Shown: positions 61,014 through 64,000 of the stretch, in pieces | Position numbering within the stretch: the first letter of the stretch is position 1 | Layout of the letters: the number at the start of each line of letters is the position of its first letter | From: Coniocarpon cinnabarinum | Taxonomy: Eukaryota | DNA: 64,000 nt | NCBI GenBank assembly: GCA_051942205.1 | Contig: JAVECO010000036.1 | Coordinates: 62,001 to 126,000, forward strand | Direction of reading: 5' to 3' | The notes under the pieces: generated by a model | The model's database searches: none | Told to the model about the DNA's origin: nothing | What the model saw: only the letters and a program-made list of their open reading frames with translations | Translations under genes and position numbers: made by a program

Positions 61014-63127
61014 TCAAGCACTGTGCTTGTCGGTGTACTCCTTGATCGCCCTCTCTTGAATGGCGCACACACCCGCGACATCAAGCTTGGGTTTGCGATC
61101 CGGCGAGTAGAGGCCATTGACCTCTTGTTCGATGTCCGCACTGCAGTCAACGTCAGCAACAGTCCCATCGTCTTTAGTAAAAGTCCAGATACTCACAGCT
61201 GTGTGTACACCCATCCGCAAATGTGACCGCCCTTGACCACACCCATCATGAGCTTCTCGACCCTCTGCAACAGGTCTTTCGGATCACTCGCAGTCGTGTA
61301 GCCCCAATCACGCTCACCCTTCTTGCCCGCAATATTTACACCGCCAAACTCGGTACACAAAACAGGCGCACCCGCCCTCGGCTTCGTGCCGGGATCTTTG
61401 TCATTGGGCGCGCAGAACACAGGCTTCGGGCCTTTGTTGGCGAGGATGCCGTCCATTGTCCTGCACGATTCTTCAAGCTGTGGACCGTCAGCGTAGTCAT
61501 GGAAGGTTGTCAGGTCATCAGTGACGTGTTCCCAGCCGCAGTTGTCGTTGATGGGACGCGTTGGGTCCAGAGTCTTGGTCATGTAGTACAGACTGCGAAT
61601 GTGGTTACGTTGCTCGATGTTATTTGGCAAGTCGCCGTAGCCCCAGCTTTCGTTGACGGGCGTCCAAACAACTATGGACGGGTGGTTGATGTCACGGCGC
61701 ACAGCTTCCATCCATTCTTGGTCGAAGCGGTCAACGTAGTCAACTTCAAAGTCGTAGCCATTGGCCATCTCGCTCCAGACGAGGTATCCGAGCTTGTCTG
61801 CCCAGTAGAGGAAGCTCGGCTCCTCGAGCTTCTGATGCTTGCGGCAGCCGTTGAAACCCATGGCTTTGCTGATCTCGATGTCTTTCTTGTTGGCGTCGGC
61901 TGTGGGCGGCGTCATGAAGGTTTCAGGCCAGTATCCTTGATCCAGCACAAGCGTTTGGAAGATGGGACGGTCGTTGAGGCGGAAGGTCCCGTCGTTGTGA
62001 GACCATGAGATGGAGCGCATACCTGCGGTGGTCTTGACTTCGTCGATCTGCGCGTTGGAGCCGTCGAAGAGCCGAATGGTGATGTCGTAGAGAATAGGAT
62101 GCTCGGGAGACCAGAGCGCGACACCGTCACGCCAGGCGTGCTTGTCGGAGATGAGGGCGGCTTGGTCAGGGTGGCCAGGTAGATTGAATGTCACGTCGGA
62201 CGGTGTGCGCATGGAGAGGTCGATATTGACGAAGTCTTCCTTTTGGCGGATCTGCTTCTTGCCGCTCTTGCTGACGACCGTGCCAGCGAGCGATGATTCG
62301 ATCTCCGCTGTGAGGGGCTGACCAGTGCGGTGACCTTGAACGGCAACGCGGGCGTGGAGATTGCCGCTTTGGATATCGTTAGATCGCAGAATCAGGCCGT
62401 GGCTGCTGTCTGCAAGGCGCGTGGAAGGCACTGTCTCCATCCACACACTCTGCCAGATGCCACTGGAAGGTGTGTAGAAGATGCTCTCTGGCTTGGCGCC
62501 CCAATACTGCTTGCCACGGGGCTGCTGGAGGTCGTATGCAGAGTCGAAGACGCGCAGGGTGAGACGACGGTCAGCAGAGGGCTCCTTTGTAGTGTTGTCA
62601 AGGGCATCAGTGATGTCGACATCGAAAGGCACATGGCCGCCACGGTGGCCTCCGACATACTGGCCGTCAATCCAGATGCTGCACTCGTAGTCGACAGCGC
62701 CAAAGCGAATCAAGACTCTTCGACCTCGTGTCTTGCCTTCATTGGTGCGAGGATCTTGAATCGAGCGCTCGTACCAGAGCACTTCATGTTCGCCGCCCTC
62801 GCCAATACCTGAAGCAGGGCACTGGAACACGAAAGGGACTTTGATGGACCGCTTGGCATTTCGACGAGCCTTGGTGTCGGTGAAGATGTTGTTCTGGAGG
62901 AGATGGTCGGCGTTGGCAGCGATCTTCTGGGTAATGGAGTCGGCCTCAGCACCAGCGCCCTTGGTCTTGCCGGCCTTGACCTGCACCTCACTAGGAATGC
63001 CTTTGCTTTGCCATTTCTGCGACAGACCGACGTCTTCGTCGTCGAAGAGAAAGTCCCAGGCGCCGTCGAGCAGCTTCCATCTTAGGTCTGGACGGACAAA
63101 GTCTGGGCGCGGGTAACTGCTAGTCAT
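61014..63127 (-). CDS. Glycoside hydrolase family 2 (beta-galactosidase / beta-glucuronidase-like), intracellular; 2 exons
   Basis: YPRPDF, LDGAWDF, FGAVDY, QPRGKQ, SGIWQSVW, LWSPEHP, LDQGYWP, acid/base WTPVNES, nucleophile TEFGG, and YTQL|ADIEQEVNG across intron 61196-61141. Confidence 0.93.
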
Positions 63128-64000
63128 GGTGGCTTTTTTCAGGAGTGGCTTGTTTTGGAAACGGCTCGAGGGACTGTGCAAGGAGCTCCAGTGATGAGCT
63201 GACGGGGACGCTTTCAAGCTCAATCGATTGCCAGTTATATGTGTAGCCGGAACTCACGAATCGACACGCAAAAGACAGTTGTCCAGAGCGTGTGATCAGA
63301 ATGCTGCAGGGTGAATGGCTGCCGCGTAAGTTGGTGCTGTGGGGGCTGAACGGCCTACGGAATACTCCGTGCTCGCCCGCCGTCATAGTGGGGCAACAGT
63401 GGGGCAGCAGTGGGGCCTCCGCCAAGGTCTGACCCCGGGTTCGTAGGGCTTAGTGGACGCCCGCTTCAGGGGCACGGCTCGGCAGGGCACGCCTTCTTAT
63501 GCTGCCCCGACCCCTGCTTGCCCTCCATCACCTTGCTTTCCGCGCGCGAGAAACGAGCCGTGAATTGTTGTTGTGGAAGACTCGCCATCATGGTGCACCA
63601 CGCCATGCTTATTCACAAGCTGTTCTCCTAGCCATCTTGTGTTCCATCTCTTCGGCTAGAAACACTGATTTCAAATACCAAGGGGGTCGCCTGGAAGACA
63701 GTCTCGATCCACACGATTGCTTCAATTTTGATTTCCAAAGCTGCTGTTTGATGTGAGCTTCTGCGCGAGGTCGAGCGCACATCATACGCCCCTTGATCGC
63801 GGATGTCGATCAGCTTGTTACGCCTCAAGCTTTGACTTACTAACGACGCTCGTGTAGTACTGCTAAAAAGTCAATTGCAACCGCGGCGGACTGAGATTAT
63901 CTCGCGATCTCAGTTTGCTTGGCACTCTAGACTGTGAGCATCTGCTGGTGTCAGTCTTATGATCTATGTGAAGCTTCCAGCCATTCCAGGAGTAACAGGA

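Noticed and set aside
61223..62008. 261-aa + strand ORF and similar antisense ORFs over real genes
   Set aside because: Shadow ORFs produced by codon bias of the opposite-strand genes.
1..64000. tRNA, rRNA, transposase/RT genes and RIP-degraded repeats
   Set aside because: None recognised by eye; tRNAscan-SE, Infernal and RepeatMasker would be needed to exclude them.

Overview
Eukaryotic DNA from a filamentous ascomycete (Pezizomycotina), judged from short 48-75 nt spliceosomal introns with CTRAY-type branch points and fungal gene families. All family calls are by motif recognition from memory; no searches were run. From left to right: (1) about 8.5 kb of frameshifted, coding-like sequence with no recoverable intact gene; (2) a single-pass membrane protein and a repeat-containing GPI-type cell-wall protein; (3) housekeeping genes UBP6 and ARC19, an RRM-type protein and an HhH-GPD glycosylase; (4) a compact 7-gene, ~16 kb secondary-metabolite-like cluster (28675-44918) encoding a P450, a PTH11-like membrane protein, two GMC oxidoreductases, a BBE-like FAD oxidase, an A-T-R NRPS-like reductase and an Fma-TC-like UbiA-family protein that is probably a membrane terpene synthase, with no PKS, transcription factor or transporter; (5) an MSC7-like aldehyde dehydrogenase; (6) a ~13 kb ORF-poor tract holding eight co-oriented RTCACATG (Cbf1/CDEI-type) motifs; (7) an intracellular GH2 glycosidase. 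The cluster is the best candidate for an undescribed system, and the motif-rich desert is the second.
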